Shown here: positions 1 through 10,434 of the stretch, piece after piece
Numbering within the stretch: position 1 is the first letter of the stretch
Layout: the number at the start of each line of letters is the position of its first letter
Program-made: the position numbers and the translations under genes
Assembly (NCBI RefSeq): GCF_013122565.1
Contig: NZ_CP053258.1
Direction: 5' to 3' (one strand)
Origin: Escherichia coli
GTDB lineage: Bacteria > Pseudomonadota > Gammaproteobacteria > Enterobacterales > Enterobacteriaceae
Length of the DNA: 64,000 bases
Notes under the pieces: generated by a model
Database searches by the model: none
What the model was told of the DNA's origin: nothing
Seen by the model: only the letters and a program-made list of their open reading frames with translations

Positions 1-191
<191 letters not shown>

Positions 192-203
192 ACCGCGTCA
201 AGG

Positions 204-229
204 GTTGCCGGATGTTTCCATCCGGCAAC
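204..229. terminator. Stem-loop between convergent glnB and hmp (candidate bidirectional terminator)
   Basis: Inverted repeat gttgccgga / tccggcaac with 8-nt loop, placed between the two stop codons. Confidence 0.45.
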
Positions 230-235
230 ATCAAA

Positions 236-1426
236 TCACAGCACCTTATGCGGGCCAAAGCATTCGTAATGAATGTTTTCCTGCTTCACGCCCAGATCCA
301 CTAACTGTTTCGCGGCAAACTGCATGAAGCCAACCGGGCCGCAGAGATAGAACTGCATTGTCGGATCGCTGAACGCACCTTCCAGTTTGCTCAAATCCAT
401 CAGACCTTCGCTATCAAACTGACCTTTAGCGCGATCGGCTTCGCTCGGCTGACGATACCAGGTGTGCGCGGTAAAGCGCGGCAGTGACTGCCCCAGTTCC
501 TTAACTTCATCGGCAAAGGCGTGAACATCGCCATTTTCTGCCGCATGGAACCAGTTCACTTGTGCTGTGTGGCCTGCTTTTGCCAGCGTGTCGAGCATTG
601 CCAGCATTGGCGTTTGACCGACACCGGCAGAGATTAACGTCACTGGTGTGTCATCGGCCACAGCCATAAAGAAATCACCTGCCGGAGCGACCAGTTTCAC
701 GACATCGCCAACATTGGCGTGATTGTGCAACCAGTTGGATACCTGCCCGCCATCTTCGCGTTTCACCGCAATACGATAGCCTTTGCCATCCGGTTTGCGA
801 GTCAAAGAGTACTGACGAATTTCCTGATGCGGGAAACCTTCCGGCTTCAGCCAGACGCCGAGATATTGCCCCGGACGGTATTCTGCCACTGCGCCACCGT
901 CGACCGGCTCCAGTTCGAAGCTGGTGATAAGCGCGCTGCGCGGTGTTTTAGCCACAATGCGGAAATCGCGAGTACCTTCCCAACCACCGGCTTTGCTGGC
1001 GTTTTCGTTATAGATTTCCGCCTCGCGATTGATAAATACATTAGCCAGTACGCCATAGGCTTTACCCCACGCGTCCAGCACTTCCTGCCCCGGGCTGAAC
1101 ATTTCGTCCAGCGTTGCCAACAGGTGTTCACCGACGATGTTGTACTGTTCCGGTTTGATCTGGAAACTGGTGTGCTTCTGCGCGATTTTTTCTACCGCTG
1201 GCAGCAGCGCAGGCAGGTTTTCAATATTACTGGCGTAGGCGGCAATAGCGTTAAACAGGGCTTCACGTTGATCGCCATTACGCTGGTTACTCATGTTAAA
1301 AATTTCTTTGAGTTCTGGGTTATGAGTAAACATACGGTCGTAGAAATGGGCGGTTAACTTTGGCCCCGTTTCCACCAGTAAAGGGATGGTGGCTTTTACT
1401 GTAGCGATGGTTTGAGCGTCAAGCAT
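236..1426 (-). CDS. hmp: Flavohemoglobin / nitric oxide dioxygenase
   Basis: ORF 236..1447 translation contains [17 protein letters not shown]... globin plus FAD/NAD reductase domains; start placed at internal ATG (1426) giving 396 aa; the longer ORF start at 1447 falls inside the promoter/operator. Confidence 0.93.
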   Translation of the reverse strand: MLDAQTIATVKATIPLLVETGPKLTAHFYDRMFTHNPELKEIFNMSNQRNGDQREALFNAIAAYASNIENLPALLPAVEKIAQKHTSFQIKPEQYNIVGEHLLATLDEMFSPGQEVLDAWGKAYGVLANVFINREAEIYNENASKAGGWEGTRDFRIVAKTPRSALITSFELEPVDGGAVAEYRPGQYLGVWLKPEGFPHQEIRQYSLTRKPDGKGYRIAVKREDGGQVSNWLHNHANVGDVVKLVAPAGDFFMAVADDTPVTLISAGVGQTPMLAMLDTLAKAGHTAQVNWFHAAENGDVHAFADEVKELGQSLPRFTAHTWYRQPSEADRAKGQFDSEGLMDLSKLEGAFSDPTMQFYLCGPVGFMQFAAKQLVDLGVKQENIHYECFGPHKVL

Positions 1427-1452
1427 ATGGTCTTCCTTTTTTTGCATCTTAA

Positions 1453-1475
1453 TTGATGTATCTCAAATGCATCTT
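1453..1475. promoter_or_regulatory. NsrR operator in hmp promoter
   Basis: Sequence ttgatgtatctcaaatgcatctt (reverse complement aagatgcatttgagatacatcaa) is an inverted repeat matching the NsrR site I recall for hmp, located just upstream of the hmp start. Confidence 0.65.
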
Positions 1476-1753
1476 ATAAAAAATAGCCCTGCAATGTAAA
1501 TGGTTCTTTGGTGTTTTTCAGAAAGAATGTGATGAAGTGAAAAATTTGCATCACAAACCTGAAAAGAAATCCGTTTCCGGTTGCAAGCTCTTTATTCTCC
1601 AAAGCCTTGCGTAGCCTGAAGGTAATCGTTTGCGTAAATTCCTTTGTCAAGACCTGTTATCGCACAATGATTCGGTTATACTGTTCGCCGTTGTCCAACA
1701 GGACCGCCTATAAAGGCCAAAAATTTTATTGTTAGCTGAGTCAGGAGATGCGG

Positions 1754-3007
1754 ATGTTAAAGCGTGAAATGAACATTGCCGATTATGATGCCGAACTGTG
1801 GCAGGCTATGGAGCAGGAAAAAGTACGTCAGGAAGAGCACATCGAACTGATCGCCTCCGAAAACTACACCAGCCCGCGCGTAATGCAGGCGCAGGGTTCT
1901 CAGCTGACCAACAAATATGCTGAAGGTTATCCGGGCAAACGCTACTACGGCGGTTGCGAGTATGTTGATATTGTTGAACAACTGGCGATCGATCGTGCGA
2001 AAGAACTGTTCGGCGCTGACTACGCTAACGTCCAGCCGCACTCCGGCTCCCAGGCTAACTTTGCGGTCTACACCGCGCTGCTGGAACCAGGTGATACCGT
2101 TCTGGGTATGAACCTGGCGCATGGCGGTCACCTGACTCACGGTTCTCCGGTTAACTTCTCCGGTAAACTGTACAACATCGTTCCTTACGGTATTGATGCT
2201 ACCGGTCATATCGACTACGCCGATCTGGAAAAACAAGCCAAAGAACACAAGCCGAAAATGATTATCGGTGGTTTCTCTGCATATTCCGGCGTGGTTGACT
2301 GGGCGAAAATGCGTGAAATCGCTGACAGCATCGGTGCTTACCTGTTTGTTGATATGGCGCACGTTGCGGGCCTGGTTGCTGCTGGCGTCTACCCGAACCC
2401 GGTTCCTCATGCTCACGTTGTTACTACCACCACTCACAAAACCCTGGCGGGTCCGCGCGGCGGCCTGATCCTGGCGAAAGGTGGTAGCGAAGAGCTGTAC
2501 AAAAAACTGAACTCTGCCGTTTTCCCTGGTGGTCAGGGCGGTCCGTTGATGCACGTAATCGCCGGTAAAGCGGTTGCTCTGAAAGAAGCGATGGAGCCTG
2601 AGTTCAAAACTTACCAGCAGCAGGTCGCTAAAAACGCTAAAGCGATGGTAGAAGTGTTCCTGGAACGCGGCTACAAAGTGGTTTCCGGCGGTACTGATAA
2701 CCATCTGTTCCTGGTTGATCTGGTAGATAAAAACCTGACCGGTAAAGAAGCAGACGCCGCTCTGGGCCGTGCTAACATCACCGTCAACAAAAACAGCGTA
2801 CCGAACGATCCGAAGAGCCCGTTTGTGACCTCCGGTATTCGCGTGGGTACTCCGGCAATTACGCGTCGCGGCTTCAAAGAAGCAGAAGCGAAAGAACTGG
2901 CTGGCTGGATGTGTGACGTGCTGGACAGCATCAATGATGAAGCCGTTATCGAGCGCATCAAAGGTAAAGTTCTCGACATCTGCGCACGTTACCCGGTTTA
3001 CGCATAA
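1754..3007 (+). CDS. glyA: Serine hydroxymethyltransferase
   Basis: ORF translation [22 protein letters not shown]... with PLP-lysine region [14 protein letters not shown]; AGGAG Shine-Dalgarno at 1744-1748; start at second ATG gives 417 aa. Confidence 0.96.
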
Positions 3008-3072
3008 GCGAAACGGTGATTTGCTGACAATGTGCTCGTTGTTCATGTTGGATGCGGCATGAACACCTTCTC

Positions 3073-3147
3073 AGGCCTACAAAATCTTGCAAATTCAATA
3101 TACTGCAATCTCCGTGTAGGCCTGATAAGCGCAGCGCATCAGGCAAT
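3073..3147. repeat. REP/BIME-type palindromic units downstream of glyA
   Basis: aggcctaca...tgtaggcct inverted repeat followed by gataagcgcagcgcatcaggc, typical E. coli REP consensus. Confidence 0.7.
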
Positions 3148-3204
3148 TTTTCGTTTATGATCATCAAGGCTTCCTTCGGGAAGCCTTTCTACGTTATCGC
3201 GCCA

Positions 3205-4404
3205 TCAAATCTGTCGTAACTGCGTCTCAACATACAAATAGCCAATTCCCAGCACCTGTTGTGCGCGGCTTAATTGCCCGAAGCCAATTTGCGTCGCTTT
3301 CACGCTCGGTCCTTCGTCGCGGTCGAACGGGTTAAATCCTGTCTGGCGAATAATGGTATTAAGCCAGTGCTCACCAAAGGCACAACTGCGACCGTACAAC
3401 CAAATCTGATTAATATTGAGGATGTTGAGGAAGTTATACAGACTCAAACCAATGGCATTGGCACTGCGGTCAACCCAGCTGGTGATCCACGGTTCTCCAC
3501 TCTGCCAGGCAGCGATTAACTGCGCGGTTGTCAGTTTTTCAGGATCAAGTTGAGTATTAACCGGTTGTGATTTTAGCCATACCCGCGCCTGTTTTTTTAA
3601 TGCACTTAACGAGGCGACGGTTTCCAGGCAGCCGTAACGTCCACAGTCGCAGACGACGCCATCCGTATTAACGATGGTGTGACCAATCTGTCCGCTACCA
3701 TACAAACTGCCGCGATAAATTTGCTCGTTAATCACGAACGACGAGCCAATGCCGTAATCAACGTTGATCACGCAGAAATCCCGTTCCTGCGAATTATTTT
3801 GCCATTTTTCCGCCAGCGCCAGCATCACGCAGTCATTATCGACCATCACCCGAATGCCCAGCTTCTCTTCCAGCAGATATTTCACCTCAACCGGCGTTGT
3901 CCACGGCGCTTGCGGCATGGTTTGCGACACTCCAGTCACTGGATCAACCTGACCGTGGATTGCCAGCGCCAGATTGATGGTGCGGTCCGGCCACAATTTA
4001 CGGTGGCGATGCCAGCATTTTTCGATTTCGGACAGCAGCGCCTGCGGCGTCGGTGCATCAATCTGTAAATACTCAAATTCACCTTTCGGACTTAAACAAG
4101 CATTAGCAACCTGACACTCAATACTGGTGGGCGTCACGTTCAGGCACAGCGTCCAGTCACCTTCCGGCGCAATCAGCCATGTACCGCTACTATGCCCGCG
4201 CGTCTGGCTTTCATCGTCGATATTCACCACCCGTTTTTCGCTTTCCAGTTCCTGCAAAATATTACTGACTGCCGGAATCGAAATTTGCGCCAGCCGGGCC
4301 AGCGTTGATTTATTGGCGCGCTTTTGCCGGTACAGCAGTTCCAGAATCACGCATTTGTTATGGTGGCGAATCTGTTGATTGTTAATGCAGGCTCTCATCT
4401 TCAC
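3205..4404 (-). CDS. yphH: ROK-family transcriptional regulator (NagC/Mlc-like)
   Basis: ORF translation has an N-terminal HTH region and the ROK zinc motif CDCGRYGCLE; position and sequence match K-12 yphH as I recall it. Start could be the second ATG at 4398. Confidence 0.85.
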   Translation of the reverse strand: MKMRACINNQQIRHHNKCVILELLYRQKRANKSTLARLAQISIPAVSNILQELESEKRVVNIDDESQTRGHSSGTWLIAPEGDWTLCLNVTPTSIECQVANACLSPKGEFEYLQIDAPTPQALLSEIEKCWHRHRKLWPDRTINLALAIHGQVDPVTGVSQTMPQAPWTTPVEVKYLLEEKLGIRVMVDNDCVMLALAEKWQNNSQERDFCVINVDYGIGSSFVINEQIYRGSLYGSGQIGHTIVNTDGVVCDCGRYGCLETVASLSALKKQARVWLKSQPVNTQLDPEKLTTAQLIAAWQSGEPWITSWVDRSANAIGLSLYNFLNILNINQIWLYGRSCAFGEHWLNTIIRQTGFNPFDRDEGPSVKATQIGFGQLSRAQQVLGIGYLYVETQLRQI

Positions 4405-4515
4405 TAAACCTTGTTTAGTTAATTGCGTGATTATTCCGCGAAAACATTGCCAGATTGTTCAATACACTGCCACAAATCTTTTAATTCAGTATGTCTTGTT
4501 AATATTGAGGGCACC

Positions 4516-7500
4516 ATGACTCCAGTAAAAGTGTGGCAAGAGCGCGTTGAGATCCCGACCTATGAAACCGGGCCGCAGGATATACATCCCATGTTCCTCG
4601 AAAATCGCGTTTATCAGGGATCGTCCGGCGCGGTTTATCCCTACGGCGTGACCGATACGCTGAGCGAGCAGAAAACCCTGAAATCCTGGCAGGCGGTGTG
4701 GCTGGAAAACGACTACATCAAAGTGATGATCCTGCCGGAATTGGGCGGTCGGGTGCATCGAGCATGGGATAAAGTGAAACAGCGCGATTTTGTCTATCAC
4801 AATGAAGTCATTAAACCTGCGCTGGTGGGGCTGCTGGGACCGTGGATCTCCGGCGGGATTGAGTTTAACTGGCCGCAACACCATCGCCCGACCACCTTTA
4901 TGCCCGTTGATTTCACCCTCGAAGCCCATGAAGACGGCGCACAGACGGTGTGGGTAGGCGAAACGGAGCCGATGCATGGTTTACAGGTGATGACAGGTTT
5001 CACCCTGCGCCCTGACCGGGCGGCGCTGGAAATCGCCAGCCGCGTCTATAACGGCAACGCCACGCCGCGTCATTTCTTGTGGTGGGCCAACCCGGCAGTG
5101 AAAGGGGGGGAAGGGCATCAGAGCGTCTTCCCGCCGGATGTAACGGCGGTGTTTGATCACGGCAAACGGGCCGTCTCCGCTTTCCCTATCGCCACCGGCA
5201 CTTACTACAAAGTGGACTACTCCGCTGGAGTGGACATTTCTCGCTATAAAAATGTGCCTGTTCCAACCTCATATATGGCCGAAAAATCGCAGTACGATTT
5301 TGTCGGCGCGTGGTGTCACGATGAAGATGGCGGTTTGCTGCACGTTGCCAACCACCATATTGCGCCAGGTAAAAAACAGTGGAGTTGGGGACACAGTGAA
5401 TTTGGCCAGGCGTGGGATAAGAGCCTAACTGATAATAACGGCCCGTATATCGAACTGATGACCGGTATTTTTGCCGATAACCAGCCCGATTTTACCTGGC
5501 TTGATGCTTACGAAGAGAAGCGTTTTGAGCAGTATTTCCTGCCTTATCATTCTTTGGGCATGGTGCAAAATGCCTCCCGCGATGCGGTGATAAAACTCCA
5601 GCGTAGTGAGCGGGGGATTGAGTGGGGGCTGTATGCCATCTCTCCGTTGAACGGATACCGCCTGGCGATCCGCGAAATCGGCAAATGCAACGCGTTACTT
5701 GATGATGCCGTGGCACTGATGCCTGCGACCGCCATCCAGGGCGTGTTGCACGGTATCAATCCTGAAAGGCTGACCATTGAGCTCTCTGATGCCGACGGCA
5801 ATATTGTACTGAGTTATCAGGAACATCAGCCGCAAGAGTTGCCGTTGCCGGACGTCGCCAAAGCGCCACTGGCAGCACAAGACATTACCAGTACAGATGA
5901 AGCCTGGTTTATCGGTCAGCATCTGGAGCAATATCATCACGCGAGCCGTTCACCGTTCGATTACTACCTGCGCGGCGTGGCGCTGGATCCGCTGGATTAC
6001 CGCTGTAACCTGGCGCTGGCGATGCTGGAGTATAACCGCGCAGATTTCCCGCAAGCGGTGGCGTATGCCACTCAGGCTCTGAAACGCGCACATGCGCTGA
6101 ACAAAAATCCGCAGTGCGGACAGGCGAGTTTGATTCGCGCCAGTGCTTACGAACGTCAGGGACAATATCAACAAGCCGAAGAGGATTTCTGGCGTGCGGT
6201 CTGGAGCGGCAACAGTAAAGCCGGAGGCTATTATGGTCTGGCACGACTGGCGGCGCGTAATGGTAACTTCGACGCGGGTCTGGATTTTTGCCAACAAAGT
6301 CTTCGCGCCTGCCCAACCAATCAGGAAGTGCTTTGCCTGCATAATCTGCTGCTGGTGTTAAGTGGTCGTCAGGACAACGCGCGTTTGCAGCGCGAGAAAC
6401 TGCTGCGCGATTATCCGCTGAACGCCACTCTGTGGTGGCTGAACTGGTTCGATGGTCGTAGCGAATCAGCTCTCGCGCAGTGGCGCGGTCTGTGTCAGGG
6501 ACGCGACGTTAACGCCCTGATGACCGCCGGGCAACTGATTAACTGGGGAATGCCCACCCTGGCGGCAGAGATGCTGAACGCACTGGACTGCCAGCGCACG
6601 CTGCCGCTTTACCTGCAAGCCAGCTTGCTGCCGAAAGCCGAACGTGGCGAACTGGTCGCAAAAGCCATTGATGTCTTCCCGCAGTTTGTCCGTTTCCCGA
6701 ATACGCTGGAAGAAGTGGCGGCGCTGGAGAGTATTGAAGAGTGCTGGTTTGCTCGCCATTTACTGGCCTGCTTCTACTACAACAAACGTAGCTACAACAA
6801 AGCCATTGCCTTATGGCAACGTTGCGAAGAGATGTCGCCGGAGTTTGCCGACGGCTGGCGCGGGTTAGCGATCCATGCGTGGAATAAGCAACACGATTAT
6901 GAGCTGGCCGCGCGTTATCTTGATAATGCTTATCAGCTTGCGCCGCAGGATGCACGTCTGCTTTTCGAACGGGATTTGCTTGATAAGTTAAGTGGAGCCA
7001 CACCGGAGAAACGACTGGCGCGTCTGGAAAATAATCTGGAAATTGCGCTGAAACGCGACGACATGACCGCAGAACTGCTCAATTTGTGGCATCTCACGGG
7101 GCAGGCAGACAAAGCGGCGGACATTCTCGCCACGCGCAAATTCCACCCGTGGGAAGGCGGGGAAGGGAAGGTCACCAGTCAGTTTATCCTCAACCAGTTA
7201 TTACGCGCCTGGCAGCATCTTGATGCCAGACAGCCGCAGCAGGCCAGCGAACTGCTTCATGCCGCGCTGCATTATCCGGAGAATTTAAGCGAAGGCCGTT
7301 TACCGGGGCAAACTGATAACGACATCTGGTTCTGGCAGGCGATATGCGCCAACGCGCAGGGCGATGAAACTGAAGCGACGCGTTGTTTACGTCTGGCGGC
7401 GACTGGCGATCGCACCATTAACATTCACAGTTATTACAACGATCAGCCGGTTGATTATCTCTTCTGGCAAGGAATGGCGCTGCGACTGCTGGGCGAACAA

Positions 7501-7797
7501 CAAATCGCACAGCAACTGTTTAGTGAAATGAAACAGTGGGCGCAAGAGATGGCGAAAACCAGTATCGAAGCGGATTTCTTTGCCGTCTCGCAACCTGACT
7601 TGTTGTCGCTGTATGGCGATTTACAACAGCAGCATAAAGAAAAATGCCTGATGGTGGCGATGCTGGCGTCCGCGGGACTCGGGGAGGTTGCGCAATATGA
7701 GTCTGCTCGCGCTGAATTGACGGCGATTAATCCGGCCTGGCCGAAAGCGGCATTATTCACCACTGTGATGCCTTTTATTTTTAACTACGTTCACTAA
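4516..7797 (+). CDS. yphG: Large TPR-repeat protein of unknown function
   Basis: 1124-aa ORF (track start is TTG at 4423); first ATG at 4516 with nearby GAGGG; C-terminal two-thirds is rich in TPR-like helical repeats; divergent from yphH. Confidence 0.8.
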   Translation: MTPVKVWQERVEIPTYETGPQDIHPMFLENRVYQGSSGAVYPYGVTDTLSEQKTLKSWQAVWLENDYIKVMILPELGGRVHRAWDKVKQRDFVYHNEVIKPALVGLLGPWISGGIEFNWPQHHRPTTFMPVDFTLEAHEDGAQTVWVGETEPMHGLQVMTGFTLRPDRAALEIASRVYNGNATPRHFLWWANPAVKGGEGHQSVFPPDVTAVFDHGKRAVSAFPIATGTYYKVDYSAGVDISRYKNVPVPTSYMAEKSQYDFVGAWCHDEDGGLLHVANHHIAPGKKQWSWGHSEFGQAWDKSLTDNNGPYIELMTGIFADNQPDFTWLDAYEEKRFEQYFLPYHSLGMVQNASRDAVIKLQRSERGIEWGLYAISPLNGYRLAIREIGKCNALLDDAVALMPATAIQGVLHGINPERLTIELSDADGNIVLSYQEHQPQELPLPDVAKAPLAAQDITSTDEAWFIGQHLEQYHHASRSPFDYYLRGVALDPLDYRCNLALAMLEYNRADFPQAVAYATQALKRAHALNKNPQCGQASLIRASAYERQGQYQQAEEDFWRAVWSGNSKAGGYYGLARLAARNGNFDAGLDFCQQSLRACPTNQEVLCLHNLLLVLSGRQDNARLQREKLLRDYPLNATLWWLNWFDGRSESALAQWRGLCQGRDVNALMTAGQLINWGMPTLAAEMLNALDCQRTLPLYLQASLLPKAERGELVAKAIDVFPQFVRFPNTLEEVAALESIEECWFARHLLACFYYNKRSYNKAIALWQRCEEMSPEFADGWRGLAIHAWNKQHDYELAARYLDNAYQLAPQDARLLFERDLLDKLSGATPEKRLARLENNLEIALKRDDMTAELLNLWHLTGQADKAADILATRKFHPWEGGEGKVTSQFILNQLLRAWQHLDARQPQQASELLHAALHYPENLSEGRLPGQTDNDIWFWQAICANAQGDETEATRCLRLAATGDRTINIHSYYNDQPVDYLFWQGMALRLLGEQQIAQQLFSEMKQWAQEMAKTSIEADFFAVSQPDLLSLYGDLQQQHKEKCLMVAMLASAGLGEVAQYESARAELTAINPAWPKAALFTTVMPFIFNYVH

Positions 7798-7893
7798 ACC
7801 CTATTAACTGTAATATTTGAGCGGCACGCGCTGCCGCTCATCACAAAATAATTAGAATAAGCCGTTGTTAATAAAAACCCTACAGGAGGCTCT

Positions 7894-8877
7894 ATGCCTA
7901 AAAAAATGAGAACAACCCGTAATCTATTATTAATGGCTACGCTATTAGGTAGCGCTTTATTTGCCAGGGCTGCGGATAAAGAAATGACCATTGGCGCAAT
8001 ATACCTTGATACTCAGGGATATTACGCTGGAGTGCGTCAGGGCGTTCAGGATGCGGCAAAAGATTCTTCAGTACAGGTACAGTTAATTGAAACTAACGCC
8101 CAGGGTGATATTTCGAAAGAAAGTACCTTTGTTGATACCCTCGTGGCGCGTAATGTCGATGCTATTATTTTATCGGCAGTGTCTGAAAATGGCAGTAGCC
8201 GTACCGTTCGTCGCGCCAGTGAAGCGGGTATTCCGGTGATTTGCTACAACACCTGTATTAATCAAAAGGGTGTCGATAAATATGTCTCGGCATATCTGGT
8301 GGGTGACCCGCTGGAATTTGGTAAAAAACTGGGTAACGCTGCCGCCGATTATTTTATTGCCAACAAAATTGACCAGCCGAAAATTGCCGTCATCAATTGC
8401 GAAGCCTTTGAAGTTTGTGTGCAACGACGTAAAGGGTTTGAAGAAGTATTAAAAGCCCGCGTTCCCGGCGCGCAAATTGTCGCTAATCAGGAAGGGACTG
8501 TTTTAGATAAAGCGATTTCCGTTGGTGAAAAACTAATTATCTCTACGCCGGATCTCAACGCCATTATGGGAGAATCGGGCGGTGCGACACTCGGCGCGGT
8601 AAAAGCGGTACGTAATCAAAATCAGGCAGGAAAAATTGCCGTTTTCGGTTCGGATATGACAACCGAAATTGCTCAGGAGCTGGAAAACAATCAGGTGCTG
8701 AAAGCGGTAGTGGATATTTCCGGTAAGAAAATGGGCAATGCTGTTTTCGCGCAAACATTGAAGGTTATCAATAAACAAGCCGACGGTGAAAAAGTGATTC
8801 AGGTGCCAATCGATCTCTATACCAAAACGGAAGACGGTAAACAGTGGCTGGCAACGCACGTTGATGGTCTGCCCTAA
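7894..8877 (+). CDS. yphF: Periplasmic sugar-binding protein of ABC transporter
   Basis: Signal peptide MPKKMRTTRNLLLMATLLGSALFARAADKE, periplasmic binding protein fold type I-like sequence; AGGAGG Shine-Dalgarno at 7885-7890. Confidence 0.88.
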   Translation: MPKKMRTTRNLLLMATLLGSALFARAADKEMTIGAIYLDTQGYYAGVRQGVQDAAKDSSVQVQLIETNAQGDISKESTFVDTLVARNVDAIILSAVSENGSSRTVRRASEAGIPVICYNTCINQKGVDKYVSAYLVGDPLEFGKKLGNAAADYFIANKIDQPKIAVINCEAFEVCVQRRKGFEEVLKARVPGAQIVANQEGTVLDKAISVGEKLIISTPDLNAIMGESGGATLGAVKAVRNQNQAGKIAVFGSDMTTEIAQELENNQVLKAVVDISGKKMGNAVFAQTLKVINKQADGEKVIQVPIDLYTKTEDGKQWLATHVDGLP

Positions 8878-8899
8878 TCGCTGATTCGCAGAGGTCCCT

Positions 8900-10411
8900 A
8901 TGTTCACGGCAACAGAGGCAGTCCCGGTAGCAAAAGTGGTGGCAGGAAATAAGCGTTATCCCGGCGTCGTTGCGTTGGATAACGTTAACTTCACGCTCAA
9001 TAAAGGCGAGGTTCGTGCGCTGTTAGGCAAAAACGGCGCGGGCAAATCGACCCTCATTCGAATGCTTACCGGTAGCGAACGTCCGGATAGCGGTGATATC
9101 TGGATTGGCGAGACGCGACTGGAAGGCGACGAAGCTACGCTGACTCGCCGTGCCGCTGAACTGGGGGTTCGTGCGGTTTATCAGGAGTTAAGTCTGGTGG
9201 AAGGGCTGACGGTGGCGGAAAACCTCTGCCTCGGTCAGTGGCCCCGCCACAACGGCATGATTGATTACCTGCAAATGGCGCAGGATGCCCAACGTTGCTT
9301 ACAGGCGCTGGGCGTTGACGTTAGTCCTGAACAACTTGTTTCAACACTAAGCCCGGCGCATAAGCAGCTGGTGGAAATTGCGCGGGTGATGAAGGGCGAG
9401 CCGCGCGTGGTCATTCTTGATGAACCTACCAGTTCGCTTGCGAGTGCGGAAGTTGAACTGGTGATCAGCGCGGTGAAAAAGATGTCGGCACTGGGCGTGG
9501 CGGTGATTTATGTCAGCCACCGGATGGAAGAAATTCGCCGCATTGCCTCCTGTGCCACCGTTATGCGCGACGGGCAGGTGGCTGGCGATGTGATGCTCGA
9601 AAACACTTCCACGCATCATATTGTGTCGCTAATGCTAGGGCGCGATCACGTTGATATTGCGCCGGTTGCACCTCAGGAAATTGTGGATCAGGCCGTGCTG
9701 GAAGTCCGTGCGTTACGCCATAAGCCCAAGCTGGAGGATATCAGTTTTACGCTACGTCGTGGCGAAGTGCTCGGCATTGCTGGTCTGCTGGGGGCAGGGC
9801 GCAGTGAATTGCTAAAGGCGATAGTTGGGCTGGAGACATATGAACAGGGCGAAATTGTTATCAACGGCGAGAAAATCACTCGCCCCGATTACGGCGACAT
9901 GCTGAAACGCGGCATTGGCTATACGCCAGAAAACCGCAAAGAAGCGGGGATCATTCCCTGGTTGGGCGTTGACGAAAATACAGTGCTGACCAATCGGCAA
10001 AAAATCAGCGCCAACGGTGTGCTGCAATGGTCCACCATCCGCCGCCTGACCGAAGAGGTGATGCAGCGGATGACGGTCAAGGCCGCCAGTAGTGAAACGC
10101 CCATCGGTACGCTTTCTGGCGGCAATCAGCAAAAAGTGGTGATCGGTCGTTGGGTCTATGCCGCCAGCCAGATTTTGTTGCTCGACGAGCCAACGCGCGG
10201 CGTCGATATCGAAGCCAAACAGCAGATTTACCGTATTGTCCGTGAGCTGGCTGCCGAAGGAAAAAGCGTGGTGTTTATCTCCAGTGAAGTGGAGGAGTTG
10301 CCGCTGGTGTGTGACCGCATCCTGTTATTACAGCACGGCACGTTCTCGCAGGAGTTTCACGCTCCGGTCAATGTGGATGAGCTGATGTCCGCCATTCTGT
10401 CTGTGCACTGA
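8900..10411 (+). CDS. yphE: Sugar ABC transporter ATP-binding protein with two ATPase domains
   Basis: Two Walker A motifs (GKNGAGKST and GLLGAGRSE) and two LSGG signature regions in 503 aa. Confidence 0.9.
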   Translation: MFTATEAVPVAKVVAGNKRYPGVVALDNVNFTLNKGEVRALLGKNGAGKSTLIRMLTGSERPDSGDIWIGETRLEGDEATLTRRAAELGVRAVYQELSLVEGLTVAENLCLGQWPRHNGMIDYLQMAQDAQRCLQALGVDVSPEQLVSTLSPAHKQLVEIARVMKGEPRVVILDEPTSSLASAEVELVISAVKKMSALGVAVIYVSHRMEEIRRIASCATVMRDGQVAGDVMLENTSTHHIVSLMLGRDHVDIAPVAPQEIVDQAVLEVRALRHKPKLEDISFTLRRGEVLGIAGLLGAGRSELLKAIVGLETYEQGEIVINGEKITRPDYGDMLKRGIGYTPENRKEAGIIPWLGVDENTVLTNRQKISANGVLQWSTIRRLTEEVMQRMTVKAASSETPIGTLSGGNQQKVVIGRWVYAASQILLLDEPTRGVDIEAKQQIYRIVRELAAEGKSVVFISSEVEELPLVCDRILLLQHGTFSQEFHAPVNVDELMSAILSVH

Positions 10412-10434
10412 TGAATTTTACCGAGGAACCTAAG

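Noticed and set aside
719-1357. 212-aa plus-strand ORF inside hmp
   Set aside because: Antisense to hmp; no ribosome-binding context and no recognisable fold; hmp frame carries clear globin and reductase motifs.
1757-3046. 429-aa minus-strand ORF covering all of glyA
   Set aside because: Antisense shadow ORF of a highly expressed, codon-biased gene; translation is low-complexity with no recognisable domain, whereas the plus-strand frame encodes unmistakable serine hydroxymethyltransferase.
4423-4515. Upstream extensions of track ORFs (yphG at 4423, hmp at 1447, hcaR at 18271, hscA at 28117, pepB at 30661, sseA at 35814, der at 50769, sinH at 52750)
   Set aside because: Extensions begin at GTG/TTG or early ATG, lack ribosome-binding sites, run into promoters or neighbouring genes, and give lengths inconsistent with the known proteins; internal ATG starts were used.
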